From: Octopus sinensis
Taxonomy: Eukaryota
Assembly (NCBI RefSeq): GCF_006345805.1
Contig: NC_042998.1
Span: forward strand, 142,042,001-142,106,000
Direction: 5' to 3'
Length of the DNA: 64,000 nt
Shown: positions 1 to 13,207 of the stretch, piece after piece
Position numbering within the stretch: position 1 is the stretch's first letter
Layout of the letters: each line of letters begins with the position of its first letter
Position numbers and translations under genes: made by a program
The notes under the pieces: generated by a model
Told to the model about the DNA's origin: nothing
What the model saw: the letters and a program-made list of their open reading frames with translations, nothing else
Database searches by the model: none

Positions 1-135
1 ATAAAACAGTCCTTTTTCAATTTCCGTATACCAAATCCACTAGAAGACACCACCTCAAGGTACCATAGAGTGGGACTGAACGCGGTACCATGTGGTTGGG
101 AAGCAATCTTCTTACCACGCAGCCACGCCTGCGCC
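1..135 (-). mobile_element. tRNA-derived SINE family A, 5' portion
   Basis: Reverse complement reads GGCGTGGCTGCGTGGTAAGAAG...GCGTTCAGTCCCACTC (A-box/B-box-like). The same family recurs more than 10 times in the window. Confidence 0.75.
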
Positions 136-479
136 TCTCTATATATTGGGTAGTCTCACGACATAAAGGAAGAGAAGTACTGAGCCAGTCACATGGATAT
201 GATAGGATAATAATTGTAGAGAAAGGAATTCCATAAATAAAAGGCCTCTGTCAGTCATCGTTAACCACGCATCTACACATGTATATGCAAGAATTATGGC
301 ATGTTGAAGAAAACTGGCAGTTCTCCATGCAGGAAAATATCCTTCTCCACACCACTGATGGCCATGCACTTGAGTTGAAACAGATAGCAAAGAGCCGGAA
401 TATATACTGCAAGACATCACACATAACTCTTTCATTGATTGGTACATTTTTTTTATCAACTCCGAAAGGATGGAAGACA

Positions 480-830
480 AAGTTGACCTCATTAACTGCT
501 AAGCTAGCACTCCGTCGATTACAACGACGAGTGTTCCAGTTGATCTTTGATCCGATCAACGGAACAGGCTACTCGTGAAACTAACGTGTAAGTGGCTGAG
601 TACTCCACAGTCACGCATACACTTAACGTAGCTCTCATGGAGATTCAGCAGGACACAGAGTGTGACAAGGCTGGCCTTTGAAATTCAAGTATTACTCATT
701 TTTTGCCAGCTGAGTGGATTGGAGCAACATGAAATGAAGTGTCTTGCTCAAGGACACAATGCGCCCCGGTTTTCGAACTCAATACCCTACGATCGTGAGC
801 TGAATAGCCTAACCACTAAGCCACGAGGAC
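480..830 (-). mobile_element. tRNA-headed SINE (family C body)
   Basis: tRNA-like head near 770-830 on the minus strand. Positions 585-680 are the reverse complement of the SINE body at 21480-21570. Confidence 0.65.
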
Positions 831-1499
831 TTACGAGGCTGGAGCTTAACCTGGTTTCTATAAGGCCTATTTGTAGACCGAGATTACAAAACTCCTTACT
901 GAACAGGAAGCCAATCTGTCGTAGGGTTAACTTCTCGGCTTTAGCAGGAACCCATTTATAGCTGAATGGACTAGATCAACGTGAAATGACATTTTTTGCT
1001 CAGGAATACAACGCACTGAACGGTTCGGGAATCAAAGACATGATAATACGATTGTGGTTGCAATACTCTAACCATTTGGCCACCCACCTTCACGATGTGT
1101 GATTAAACAAGAAATAATATCAATCTTTGATAAGCATCAAGATAATAACTAAACAAGTAAATACAAAACAATGTGACAATGTCTAGATTGGATTATTATG
1201 ACGTCAGTGAATATAAGATGTTGTACTATCGACGTTAAACTTTGTGAATATGAGTAACAAATAAAGAGAGAAAGAAGTAATTAATCGCTAGTCGTATGAT
1301 CGGATCAGATAAACCCGAAACATCTAAATCTTTGAACTTGGATAACTGTGCTAGCATCTTGCAATCTGTCACTGTTATCCTAAATGTATGTTATTATGTA
1401 TGTGTGTGTGCGTTTGTATGTACATACATATATTTGTGTGTATGTGTATATATATATACATATATATATACACATAATTGTACACAGATCCATACATGC

Positions 1500-1611
1500 A
1501 CACTTACACACACACAAATATGTACACATATATATATATATGTATATACATATACATGGACATATATAAATGTATAGCTACATACACACACACACAGATA
1601 TGTATATATAT

Positions 1612-1662
<51 letters not shown>
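1500..1662. repeat. (CA)/(TA)n microsatellite, representative of dozens of TA, CA, TATG, CT and trinucleotide tracts
   Basis: Seen directly. Other large tracts at 4035-4115, 5540-5740, 6660-6815, 17885-17965, 18290-18430, 28600-28685, 33230-33345, 33505-33600, 40180-40265, 46555-46790, 49770-49840, 52320-52418, 63690-63815. Confidence 0.98.
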
Positions 1663-1665
<3 letters not shown>

Positions 1666-2829
1666 AGTGCATAAAGATTTATTCAAGGAGAGAAGACCCT
1701 TGACAGGACTTCTTACATGCTAAAAAGGGCAGTTAAACCCAAACCACTAAAAATATGGAATTCTAATGGCACACTGCTAATAGGCACTGGAGTGAATAAA
1801 AAATTAGTTAAACCTATACTCGAGTTTCACTATTAATGACCAAATAAATTAATTGGTATTTGCAGCCCGTTGGTAGGGTCACTAAGGAATGCATAATTAT
1901 ATAGCTATAATACGTATCGAAAACATGAGGCAAACACATGGGCAAGAGAGCGCCATCTTTATACATTATTGATTCAAACTTAGTGCGCGTGCGTAGTTAT
2001 AATAGCCCAACAGTAAATAAATTCAAACTGTATACTATATGGGCTAAGAATTGGAAAATTTTACTGTATAAGTATGAGGGTAAAAAATGAAAATAATTCA
2101 TTATCAGTGGTTCGCATGCTTAATAAAAGACAAAATATTTTCATATGTAACAGTGTATAAAGATTTATACACTAAGAGATCTCTTGACAGGACTTCTTAC
2201 ATGTTAAACCCAAACAACAAAGAAAAACAAAGAATTCTTAAGGTACGCTGCTAATAGGCACTAAAGTGAATAAAAACATTACCACTGGTAATAAATTATT
2301 TTAATTTTTTATCTTCATAGTTATATATTACAATTTTCCAATTCTTAGCCAGTTTAAATTTATTTACTGTTAGGCTATTATGACTACGCTCGCACACTAA
2401 GTTTGAATCCATAATATATAAGGATGGAGTTGTCTTGCGCATGTGTTTGCTTCGTTTTTTTCGGTACGAATTGTAGCTGCATAATTATGCATTCCTTAGC
2501 GATCCTACTGACAAGCTACAGATACCAAATTAATTTATTTGGTCATTAATGGCGAAACTCGAGTATAAGATTAACTAATTTTTTATTCACTCTCGTGCCA
2601 ATTAGCAGGGTGCCTTAAGAATTCCCTTTTTCGTGGTTTGGGTTTAACTGCTCTTTTTAACATGTAAAAAGTCTTGTCAAGGTCTTCTCTCCGTGTATAA
2701 ATTTTTATACACTCTTATATATAAAAATATTTTGTCTTGGCACTTTTATTAAGCATGCAAACCACTGGTAATAAATTATCTTAATTTTTTACCCTCATAT
2801 TTATACAGTGAGTGTATATATATATATAT

Positions 2830-2885
<56 letters not shown>

Positions 2886-4033
2886 AGTGTGTATAAAGAT
2901 ATATACAATGAGAGAGAAAACCCTTGACAAAACTTCTTACATGTTAAAAAGGGCAGTTAAACCCAAACCACAAAAAAGGGATTCTTAAGGCACGCTACTA
3001 ATAGGCACTAGAGTGAATAAAAAATTAGTTAATCCTATACTCGACGTTCGCTATTAATGACCAAATAAATTAATTGGTATTTGCAGCCCGTTGGTAGGGT
3101 CACTAAGGAATGCATAATTATATAGCTATAATACGTATCGAAAACATGAGGCAAACACATGGGCAAGAGAGCGCCATCTTTATACATTATTGATTCAAAC
3201 TTAGTGCGCGTGCGTAGTTATAATAGCCCAACAGTAAATAAATTCAAACTGTATACTATATGGGCTAAGAATTGGAAAATTTTACTGTATAAGTATGAGG
3301 GTAAAAAATGAAAATAATTCATTATCAGTGGTTCGCATGCTTAATAAAAGACAAAATATTTTCATATGTAACAGTGTATAAAGATTTATACACTAAGAGA
3401 TCTCTTGACAGGACTTCTTACATGTTAAACCCAAACAACAAAGAAAAACAAAGAATTCTTAAGGTACGCTGCTAATAGGCACTAAAGTGAATAAAAACAT
3501 TACCACTGGTAATAAATTATTTTAATTTTTTATCTTCATAGTTATATATTACAATTTTCCAATTCTTAGCCAGTTTAAATTTATTTACTGTTAGGCTATT
3601 ATGACTACGCTCGCACACTAAGTTTGAATCCATAATATATAAGGATGGAGTTGTCTTGCGCATGTGTTTGCTTCGTTTTTTTCGGTACGAATTGTAGCTG
3701 CATAATTATGCATTCCTTAGCGATCCTACTGACAAGCTACAGATACCAAATTAATTTATTTGGTCATTAATGGCGAAACTCGAGTATAAGATTAACTAAT
3801 TTTTTATTCACTCTCGTGCCAATTAGCAGGGTGCCTTAAGAATTCCCTTTTTCGTGGTTTGGGTTTAACTGCTCTTTTTAACATGTAAAAAGTCTTGTCA
3901 AGGGTCTTCTCTCCGTGTATAAATTTTTATACACTCTTATATATAAAAATATTTTGTCTTGGCACTTTTATTAAGCATGCAAACCACTGGTAATAAATTA
4001 TCTTAATTTTTTACCCTCATATTTATACAGTGA

Positions 4034-4035
<2 letters not shown>
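1663..4035. repeat. Fold-back array of a ~490-bp HHR-bearing monomer, tandemly duplicated with period ~1221 bp
   Basis: 1663-2280 (1.25 monomers) is followed by an inverted monomer at 2285-2815. Block ~1830-2815 is repeated almost identically at ~3050-4035. Flanked and separated by (TA)n. Confidence 0.9.
2502..2571 (+). ncRNA. Type I hammerhead-like motif with degenerate core CUGACAA; second copy 3723-3792; more decayed minus-strand copies 1811-1879 and 3032-3100
   Basis: ATCCTA-CTGACAA-GCTA...TGGC-GAAA-CTCGAG-TA-TAAGAT. Stem I is ATCCTA/TA(A/G)GAT, stem II is GCTA/TGGC extended by ACCAAAT/ATTTGGT, and stem III is the palindrome ACTCGAGT. Confidence 0.65.
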
Positions 4036-4117
<82 letters not shown>

Positions 4118-4287
4118 GAATGTTCACTATTAGTGCTTGTACGTGCATGTATGCATGTGAGAGAGAGAGAGGGAGAGAGAATAGTCGTGAAAAGCCCAAT
4201 CTAAGGAAACTCTTAGTAAGCTGTCAGCTTTTGTTATATTAAATATCTCTCTCCACTCTACTCGAAGTTTTACAACGTTTTCCATTT

Positions 4288-4670
4288 ATAAAATGTATGT
4301 GGTTAAGAAGCTCACTTTGCGACCACACGAGTTCAAGTGCAATCCCACCGTGCTGTACTTCAGGCGGCAAGTGTCTTCTACTATGGCGTCGAACCGAAGA
4401 ATTCTTCGTGAGTGAATTTGAAAGGTGGAAACTGCGTGGAAGCCTGTCGATGTCTTCGTGTTTGTGTTTCTCCCGCTCCTACTCGGCTTGGCAATTGTGT
4501 TGGCTTGTTTATGCTTCTGTAACTTAGTGGTTTGGCAAAAATAGAGCGATAGAATAAGTATCAGACTTAAAAATAAGTATTGGGGGCGGTTTTTCCGACG
4601 AAACCCTTGAATGTGACACCCCAGCTTGGCCACAGCCTAATGATTAAAACAAATAAAAGATAAAAGAATA
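4288..4670 (+). mobile_element. tRNA-derived SINE family A, near full length
   Basis: GTGGTTAAGAAG head, GGCAAGTGTCTTCTACTAT body, GTAACTTAGTGGTTTGGCAAAA...GAATAAGTA 3' part. Further copies at 9540-10135(-), 11450-11850(-), 13530-14010(-), 17690-17800(+), 34570-35005(+), 37630-37760(-), 39673-40080(+), 47123-47525(+), 47740-48200(-). Confidence 0.85.
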
Positions 4671-5533
4671 CAAAAAGATTTACGGCTCATATATTACCAC
4701 ACACATATACACACACATACACACACACACGCTCGCACATAGGCATACATACAGAGGCATACACATACACACACATACATACACACAATAAAGTAAAGGG
4801 ACCTCTGTCAGTTTCGACTATACTGAGTTTAATTGTTCAAACACTACATGTTCGTTGAATTAGCTATAAGTGGTTCAATATACCGCAGCCTGTATTCTCT
4901 TAACGTTATTTATTGACAGATTCGGCGTGACATAGTATAACAAGGCTAGATGTTAGATGTACAATCCACCTGATAGACTTTCAAACAGTCTCTTTCCATC
5001 CAGTGACATTCTTCTTAATATTTGGGTCGACCCCGGGCTATAGCACTTGTTCAAAATACCACGTAATGGGATGGAACTCGAAACTTCGTGACTGTGCTTT
5101 GCTCATGTATATATGATAAAGAACAGACGAATGGGTTATCTCGTACTGCTACAAGTATTTCATTAAGAGTCTTTATTGTTATGTAAACATGGTACTTGTA
5201 AACAAGTCACCTTTTGATGATCAATTAATTAATCAACAAGTCATTGCTCGATTGTTTATTTGGTCTCCTGATGAGTTGAGCCTTACATAACGTATTACAT
5301 AATTGTATTAATGTTGTGCATATTGCACACCTGACTGTATCATGTTTACGTCACAATAAAGACATTTAATGAAACAATTGTAGCAATAGTAAACAACTCA
5401 TTTGTCTGTTTTCATGATATTTTTAGGCTATGCTTAAGAGAAAATTAAGATAAAATTAATAAATTTCTATAAAAGAATCATAGATTCTTCACACTATTCT
5501 GCTATCTTAATAATGATAAAGTAAAAGCTAAAC

Positions 5534-5580
<47 letters not shown>

Positions 5581-5581
5581 T

Positions 5582-5646
<65 letters not shown>

Positions 5647-5647
5647 G

Positions 5648-5679
<32 letters not shown>

Positions 5680-6444
5680 AGTATATGTATGTATGTATGT
5701 ATGAATATGTATATGTATATACGTACATACATATACATATAAATGTGCTTCGGTGCGTAAAAATGAGTTGGCCGTAGCTGAATTTTGAAGTGACAATGTA
5801 AAAAGATATAACGCAATTGATATTTAGTTTCTATTTTCAAGTAATTTAATTGCGTAATACGAAGAGAAAGCTATTGCTAAGGAAATTAAATTGTTGTCAT
5901 AACGTTAGATAGAACAGCTGGGAACTATCTTTAGAATATCTCATTGTACAAGCTCTAGAAACAATTCCACAACATAATTAATATATGACAGCAGGTATGG
6001 CTATGTGGCTAGGAAGGTTGTTTTGTAACTACATAGTTGCCAGTCTTGATCTCACCCCGTAGCAAATTGAGCAATTATTTTTTAACGTTGTCTCGAGATG
6101 GCCAATACAATTAATTTCAGTCGAATTTGGTAGGCGGAATCGGTGCAAAAGCTTGTCGTATAAATAAATAGGTAGAGAGACAGATAGCGTCAGTGAGAGT
6201 AAGAGAGGGGGAGATGTTGATAGATAAACAGAGAGACGGACAGTTAGATAAAGCGATGGATAGTCAGCTTTATATATATATATTGATAGGTCTATGGATA
6301 GATAATCTGATAGATAGATAAGCAGGTAAATTTAGGGACATATATCTGTACATGTATATGTATATGTGTATATACGTAACATATGGTATAATTATAAACA
6401 GGGCAAATTTTAGCCCTTTCTCGGCAGACTGAAAAATATGAAGA

Positions 6445-6487
6445 ACCTTAATCGGTTTTCGAACCTTATTGGGTCCACATCAGAGGC
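6445..6487 (-). ncRNA. Minimal type I hammerhead-like motif (core CUGAUGU)
   Basis: Minus strand reads GCCT-CTGATGT-GGACC caataa GGTTC-GAAA-ACCGAT-TA-AGGT. All three helices can form, with one core substitution (A9 to U) and a near-palindromic stem III. Confidence 0.55.
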
Positions 6488-6659
6488 GTCCACATAATTT
6501 TGAAGATATCTAGAAAAAACAAGTAGCCAAACTGTCTTTATACTGAACAAATGCATCAATTATTCTATGAAGGAGTCCCTAATTTATATACCGTGTTTAA
6601 CACTCCATAAATACCAACGGTCTGTCAACGAAAATCTTGGTCTACACTGTATTAAGGTA

Positions 6660-6699
<40 letters not shown>

Positions 6700-6710
6700 T
6701 ACCTTAATAC

Positions 6711-6798
<88 letters not shown>

Positions 6799-8290
6799 TG
6801 TATTTATATATACATGTATACTAGCTTAAAAGCCGCCTAATTAGCTAGCTCCTGCGGAGGGCTAATTAGGCCTGCGACCCAAAACTAAAGAGAGCTAAAT
6901 AGCACGACTGCAATATGTCTATAATGATTATATGCCCCGGTGGTGTTTGATCAGTGATTGAGGACGGACGAGAATTAATTCTGTAATGCAATCATTCTAT
7001 TGTTTCAGTCCGAAGTTGAATTCTAATTGTTGACCAATTTGTCCCAAAGTTCTTATCTCGATGTAAAATTAACGAAGCAAATGTCATTTATCTCCCCGTT
7101 GATCTCTTACGTCATCTGACAAACGCCACCAAAATGGCATGAATCAACCAAGCATTATACGCTAGAAATAGTAAACTAAAAACTTTTAAATCAGATCCTG
7201 ATGCTGGATTTTCAATAACTAAATGAAGGACAGATTTATAATCCTGGGATCATTCTGATTCCAAAAGGTATAATATGTCTATGTAGAGCAATTGTAAGCC
7301 TTTATTATTGTAGATATAAAGTAGTAACCCAGAAATAAAGTTTAGCAGTTACCCGCAAGCGGGTAATATTGGTAGCATGTACCATGCTTTCATTTATTAT
7401 TTTAGACACCTGCATAGTCGCAAGCAGACATAGATACCCTCTCGGGTTTCGTACCCTTGACTCAGTGGGAGATTGAGGGCGTGAGAGTTGGCAGGAGGAA
7501 AGAAAACACACACACATACACAACACTAACAGGGAACTGTACCAGTGCTAAGTTGGTATTCGTATATAGTTGAGCAGACTAGAGCAACGAAAAATAATGC
7601 ACTTTACTCAAGGACACGGCGACCCGACTGGCGCAGGAACCGATCATAATCCTAATAGCCATACGACTTCACATTTAAATATTTGTACTAATAATTAGAA
7701 AAGGAAACTGTATCGGTAATAATTGTTTTTTGACCTCACATTTATAGAGAAGTGGTCTAGATCCAATCTGATCTATCACTTTGTCTATATTGTTTGTAAA
7801 TTTCGATCATCTGATCTTACCGGAGTTATGTCCCTTCTTCTTTTCAGATATTAAACATACAGTTTATGTCTGATAATTGCTTGGATAGTCTGTGGTCTTG
7901 AAGTGTCTGCAAGGGCAGATACTCTTCCCTCTCATCCAGCAAGTAAAACCAAAAAAAAAGTGCTGATCAAAGTTTCCCAAAACACTTTGATAGACCTTGT
8001 GAGATTCCATGAAATTCTACTGCATTTTACCACCACCCGCCATTAGTATACTACTTATAATTATTGTATTTATCCTTAAAATACTGAAAAGTAAAGTAAG
8101 ATACAGCCTCGAGATATGAATATAATATTCTGTCCTAAAGTTAAACTCTAGAGTTATCCTCGTGTGTCAGCTTTGCTTTTTATCCAATCGGACTCGATAA
8201 GATATATTACTAGTTAAATACTGAGACCGTTGGTATCGATTAACTCCTCAAAATTACTGCCCTTGTGCCAAAATTTGAAACTATTAAGAA

Positions 8291-9300
8291 AGGTGGTGGG
8301 CTGACAGAAACGTTAAGGCTTCGAAAATTCTTAGCGACATTTCTTTCAACTCTTTACATTCTGTATTCAAATACCGCGAAGGTCAAATTTGCTTTTCCTC
8401 CTTTCAAAGTCGATGAAATAAAGTACTAGTCAAATATTAGGGTCAATGTAATCGACAACTCCCCACACCCTAAAAATTACTGGCCTTGTGTCAACATTAG
8501 ACAGAATTATTATTATCAATAGTGGAGGCCTAGCGGTTAGAGCAGCGGACTCGCGGTCGAGGGATCGCGGGTTCAAATCTCAGACCTGGTAATGTGTGGG
8601 TTTATGAGTGAAACACCTTAGCTCCACGCGGCTCCGACAGAAGGTAATGGCGAACTTCTGCTCTTTTGCCACAACTTTCTCTCACTATTTCCTCCTACAT
8701 CTAGCATCCTACATCTAGCACCTGTGGCGGACGGGCGTTCCGAGCAGGTGAAGAACCTATACGCCATTGAAACCGCGAAACCGACCCTTATGAACAAGGC
8801 ATGTCTTGAGAAGGAACAAACAACAACAACATTATTATCATTTAGGGTGATTAAAGCGGCGAGCTGGCGGAATCGTTAGCACGCCTGGAAAAATGCTTAC
8901 CGGCATTTCGTCTGTCTTTATGTTCTAAGTTCAAATCCCACCGAGATCGACTTTGCCTTTCATCCTTTCGAAGTCGATAAAATAAGTACCAGTTGAACAC
9001 TGGAGTCGATGTAATTGACTGGAACCCTACCCACGCAGGAAAAAAATTCAGACGTTGCTCCTATAGCAGAAAGGATTATTACTTAAGACGATAAGGCGGC
9101 GAGCTGGTAGAATCGTTGGCATGCCTTACAAAATGCTTATCGGTTATTTCGTCCATCTTTACGTTCTGAGTTCAAATTCTGCCGAGGTTCATCCTTTCAT
9201 CCTTTCGAAGTCGATAAAATAAGTTGAGGACTGGGGCCGATGTTATCGACTTATCCCCCTCCCCCACTTCCTCGAAATTGTAGGCCTTGGGCCAAAATAT
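8291..9300 (+). mobile_element. SINE cluster: family B copies (8291-8515, 8853-9080, 9094-9300) around a family C SINE (8521-8830)
   Basis: Family B signature GGCGGCGAGCTGGCAGAATCGTTAG...GTTCAAATTC...CTTTGCCTTTCATCCTTTCG(G/A)GTCGATAAAATAAGTACC. Family C head GGCCTAGCGGTTAGAGCAGCGGACTCGCGG...GGTTCAAATC. Other family B copies at 14325-14510(-), 19747-19970, 27297-27720, 29700-29835(-), 36700-36910, 43345-43590, 51010-51400. Confidence 0.85.
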
Positions 9301-9724
9301 GAAGCCGTTATTTATTCGGATGTTGGCTGGTGGATTCAGTATAGCCCTAGAGAAAAAGAAAAAAACCTTTCAGCATTTCATATTTTGCTTGCTGTTTACG
9401 AATTATGTCGCTGACAATTTTGCTTTTCATTCCTGTCAGGATCTATACAACAAATCAAATACGCCGGTAGATCTAAATTTACTCTTCTCCCCAAATGTGT
9501 GGTACCACTGCTTTTTAAAATCTTTTTTCCCTTTTCAGTCATTAGACTGCGACCAAGCTGAAGCACTACCTTGAGAAATTTTAGTTTAACTAATCAACCC
9601 CAGTATTTATTTTCTTAAACCTGGTAGTATTCTATCGGTCTTTTCTGCCGAACTGCTAAGTTACGAAGACTTAAACACACCAGCACCGGTTAAGGTGAAG
9701 CAAACACACACATTCATATATATA

Positions 9725-9895
9725 TCCATGTTGGACCATTCTCTCTCTGTTTATTTTCTCTTATTCTTTTCTGTTGAAGAGCGTTGGCTCGAAACGTAAA
9801 ATACTTTTTCATTTTTCCCGAGTGTCAAACTAATACACTTGTTCGTTGTTCATGCACCTGTCTTCGTCTTTTGTTTTTCTATAAATTTGAACTAT
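9725..9895 (+). mobile_element. Probable PLE pseudo-LTR fragment with variant hammerhead-like motif, inside the microsatellite of a split SINE
   Basis: TTTT-CTGTTGA-A-GAGC gttg GCTC-GAAA-CG-TA-AAA at 9767-9801. SINE A halves lie on both sides. Confidence 0.45.
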
Positions 9896-9913
9896 GTGTG
9901 TGTGTGTGTTTGT

Positions 9914-9969
<56 letters not shown>

Positions 9970-10559
9970 AAAACAGTCTTCTTTCAGTTTCCGTTTACCA
10001 AATCCACTGTCAAGGCTTTGGTCGGCCGAAGGCTATAGCAGAAAATAATTGCCCAAGGTGCCACACAGTGGGACTAAACCCCAGAACCATATAGTTGGGA
10101 AACTAACTTCTTACCACACAGCCACTCCTGCGCCTATGTTAAAATTGTTAGTACAAAGATGTTTGTTGTATCACTGTAATTCTCAGGTAGATGAAATTAT
10201 TTGGTAACAGAAAATCTACTCAGAATTCAGTTTTTTTTTTATATCCCGTCATTCATATCGTATTTTGTCAATGGCTAACGGCCCTATATCTCAACAGTGT
10301 GTTTTACCCAACACTGTGCAGCTAACTGGTTGTTGTTAGCTGGCCTTTTTTTGTGTTAGTCGACGACATTGCAGAGTCAGTAACTTAACTACTTATGCTG
10401 TGGATGGGCTGTCTTCAGAAGTAAGTGTCTAGTCCCAAGAACATTTACCATCGCGCCAGTCAAGGACTCGCCATGAAGGAAAAACAAATTAACATGTTCG
10501 CAGCATCCGTTTACTCTTTTAACCTTTTTTAAACGTTCAGTAGATTACTCTCCAAAGCA

Positions 10560-11400
10560 GCAGGATTTATAATTAAAATGGGGTATGGTTTGTGCGGAAC
10601 CAGTCCCACTCTCTTATCCTTCTTTATTGGTCTGGCGAAACAAGTATCATGAGCAGGATTCGTACGGAGTTACCGTCTCTGAGATGAACAGCTAAAGAAC
10701 TGAATGAAGAGCTTTATATGCTCTGGGACCGTTGCAGTGTTTGTAAGTGATCTACTGAAGACAATTCTGTGACATAGCTGGGAATCTGAATTTACAGGTG
10801 CTGCTACTCTGGGACAGAACAGACCTGGGAAAATAGTGGCTAAGAGGTGATTTCCCACTCCTCAAAACCGTGAAATCTAGGATCAGTGTCCCATTAACAA
10901 GTGCAGTTTAAGTCATAGCTAAATGGCCACCAATTAAAGCCGCAACCGAATCGTCAGAATTGCAAGTATTTTATACAAAAACTAGTTTCAATTTATCCGG
11001 CGGAAAAAATATCTACGGTCGTCGCATGTCATCATATTGAAAGAAACGTATCTCCGTTCGTTGAACGTTTTCGAAACAGTGAATACCGGCTCTGGAACGC
11101 TACTTAACCTTTCTTTTTAGCTGTAACCCAGAATCAGTTCGCTTTACACCCGAAGTGTTATAGACGTTTTATTGTAGTTTATGCTGTGTATTCGTGCTTT
11201 CTTCTGTTTGTTCGTTTGGGTGTGTTTATGATTTTAATCCTAATATTTGAGTACTCACGTTTTCATGGTATGACTAATCTTACTAATATTCATATGCTCT
11301 GCAGACGAAACAATTATAGTCCGTTCAGACGTAATCATACCCTTTTTAAGCATTCAGTCATTGTTATTAGGACCGGTTGTCTTTTCATTCTTTACATTAT
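10560..11400 (+). mobile_element. Highly decayed PLE RT remnant (tentative)
   Basis: Broken frames give STEDNSVT*LGI and LWDRTD...DFP, resembling the PLE S.A.YLD...LYDKRDDF region. A GAC-GAAA-CAATTA-TA-GTC half-hammerhead lies downstream (~11305-11322). Confidence 0.3.
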
Positions 11401-11644
11401 ATAAAAATGTAGTTACTTGTTTATCATCGTATCTGTTATCTTTCATTTGTTTCAGTCACTGGGCGGAGGCCATGCTGGGGCACCGCTTTAAATGATTTTG
11501 TCGAAATTGCCGACCTCATTACTTATTCTTTTAAAAAGTCTGATACCTATTCTATCGGTCACTATTGCGCTTCGGCAATAGAAACCGACAAACCAATACC
11601 GGTTGGTAGGGATAAATACAGCACACATATGCACAGAAACTCGG

Positions 11645-11688
<44 letters not shown>

Positions 11689-12501
11689 GTATAGGACAGG
11701 CGTCTCACAGTTTCCATCTACTGAATTTCCTCATGAGGCACTGGTCGGCCCGGACCTATAGTTCAAGGCACTTGTCCAAGGTGCCGTGCAGTGGGACTGA
11801 ACCAGAAACCGCATGATTGTAAAGCAAGCTTCTTACCCACACAACTATGCCTCTTGAACTTCTCTACCATTTGTCGAACAGTTTTATTGTTTTTTTTTTG
11901 TTTTTGTTTTTTTGTTTTTTTTTTGCTGATATTGAAATGTTCTTGACTGAAAATATTTATTCGTCTGTTTAAATTGTAATGTCATGTAAGCTGTATTCAG
12001 AAAACCATATCTGGGTGAGTTATCTTCCTTTGACAGATTCCAATTATGTTCGAAAAGGATAAGTTTATGTGCAGGGAACGCCATATCTTCAACATGGATT
12101 TTCTTTCATGAAAGAACTGACTATAGATTTACCTTTTGGAATTTAAGAAGCCCCCTCCCCCCGGGCCAAGCAAGGCTTGCATCGTCTGATCCCGTTGAGG
12201 TATGGGCAACAGGAACTTGCATTTAATCCTGTAAGACGTTCTCTCTTCTTTTAAATATCATATGTAGTTTTCCAAAGACATAACGTTGCGCCTCTCTGGA
12301 ATCCTAAAAGAGGACCTGTGGTTATTTAATCGCAGCTTAATTTCCTTTCTGTGTTTTTTTCAGAATTTGCTGCCCAAGATTTATCAGTAGAGGTTATGTG
12401 CCTTCGGATACAGCAAGTCTGATGACTTGCCTAGACTACTACGAGCATTAATAGACTTGAAACCAATGCTAATTTTCTGATCAGCCATAACCAATGACTA
12501 C

Positions 12502-12552
<51 letters not shown>

Positions 12553-13145
12553 ATAAATGGATAGATATAGATGTGCGAGTGTGTTTGTAGTGTCGCCCAG
12601 TCTACTTCGAATAAAGTGATATGGTTATTACGGTACTTAATAGTATTACCGGTCATGACATACAAACAAAATATTGGAAAAAAATATAAACACAAGATGT
12701 TGTTCATATTATTTACTCCCTACTTACATTTCACAATTGTGGTTATTTGGATTCTTTGCAGAGAACGTTCCAAGTATAATTGGATTCTAGACTGTCTCCG
12801 ACACTATATACAATAGTATCTCACACTCTGTGTTGCTCCGTCGTTGGCATTTTGGGAGCTGTTCCCGCTCGAAGATATTTCATTCTATATAAATAGCATT
12901 ATGTTCTTGGAATATACTTAAACAATACGTCACATTTTCCCTTCCCATGTAAATTCGTTATAAGCTGTCCTTATCTTCTTCTCTGTAGTTAGGATTAATA
13001 ATATTTTATATTGTGTGTATGTGCCATAAATACTGACTACAGAGAGGGGATAAGGAGAACTTTACACAAAGGAGAACGTTACACATAAGGAGAACTTTAC
13101 ACAAAGCCTCGAGATTACTAAGGAAGGAAAACGTGATGTATTGCA

Positions 13146-13207
<62 letters not shown>

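Noticed and set aside
5262-5390. CTGATGA at 5268 and GAAA-CAATTG-TA at 5371 as a hammerhead
   Set aside because: Both half-motifs are present but no stem I joins them. At best a decayed or rearranged relic.
7830-7960. Possible exon (TTTTCAG acceptor, hydrophobic LCLIIAWIVCGLEVSA frame)
   Set aside because: The frame has an upstream in-frame stop and no ATG, the donor is weak, and there is no recognisable homology.
8521-8590. tRNA-like heads here and at 21285 and 23991 as genuine tRNA genes
   Set aside because: Acceptor stems are incomplete and each continues into a repeat body, so they are SINE or pseudo-LTR heads.
12414-12470. CTGATGA...GAAA as a hammerhead
   Set aside because: The CTGATGA sits in the loop of a GCAAGT/ACTTGC hairpin, and no stem III or NUH site follows the GAAA.
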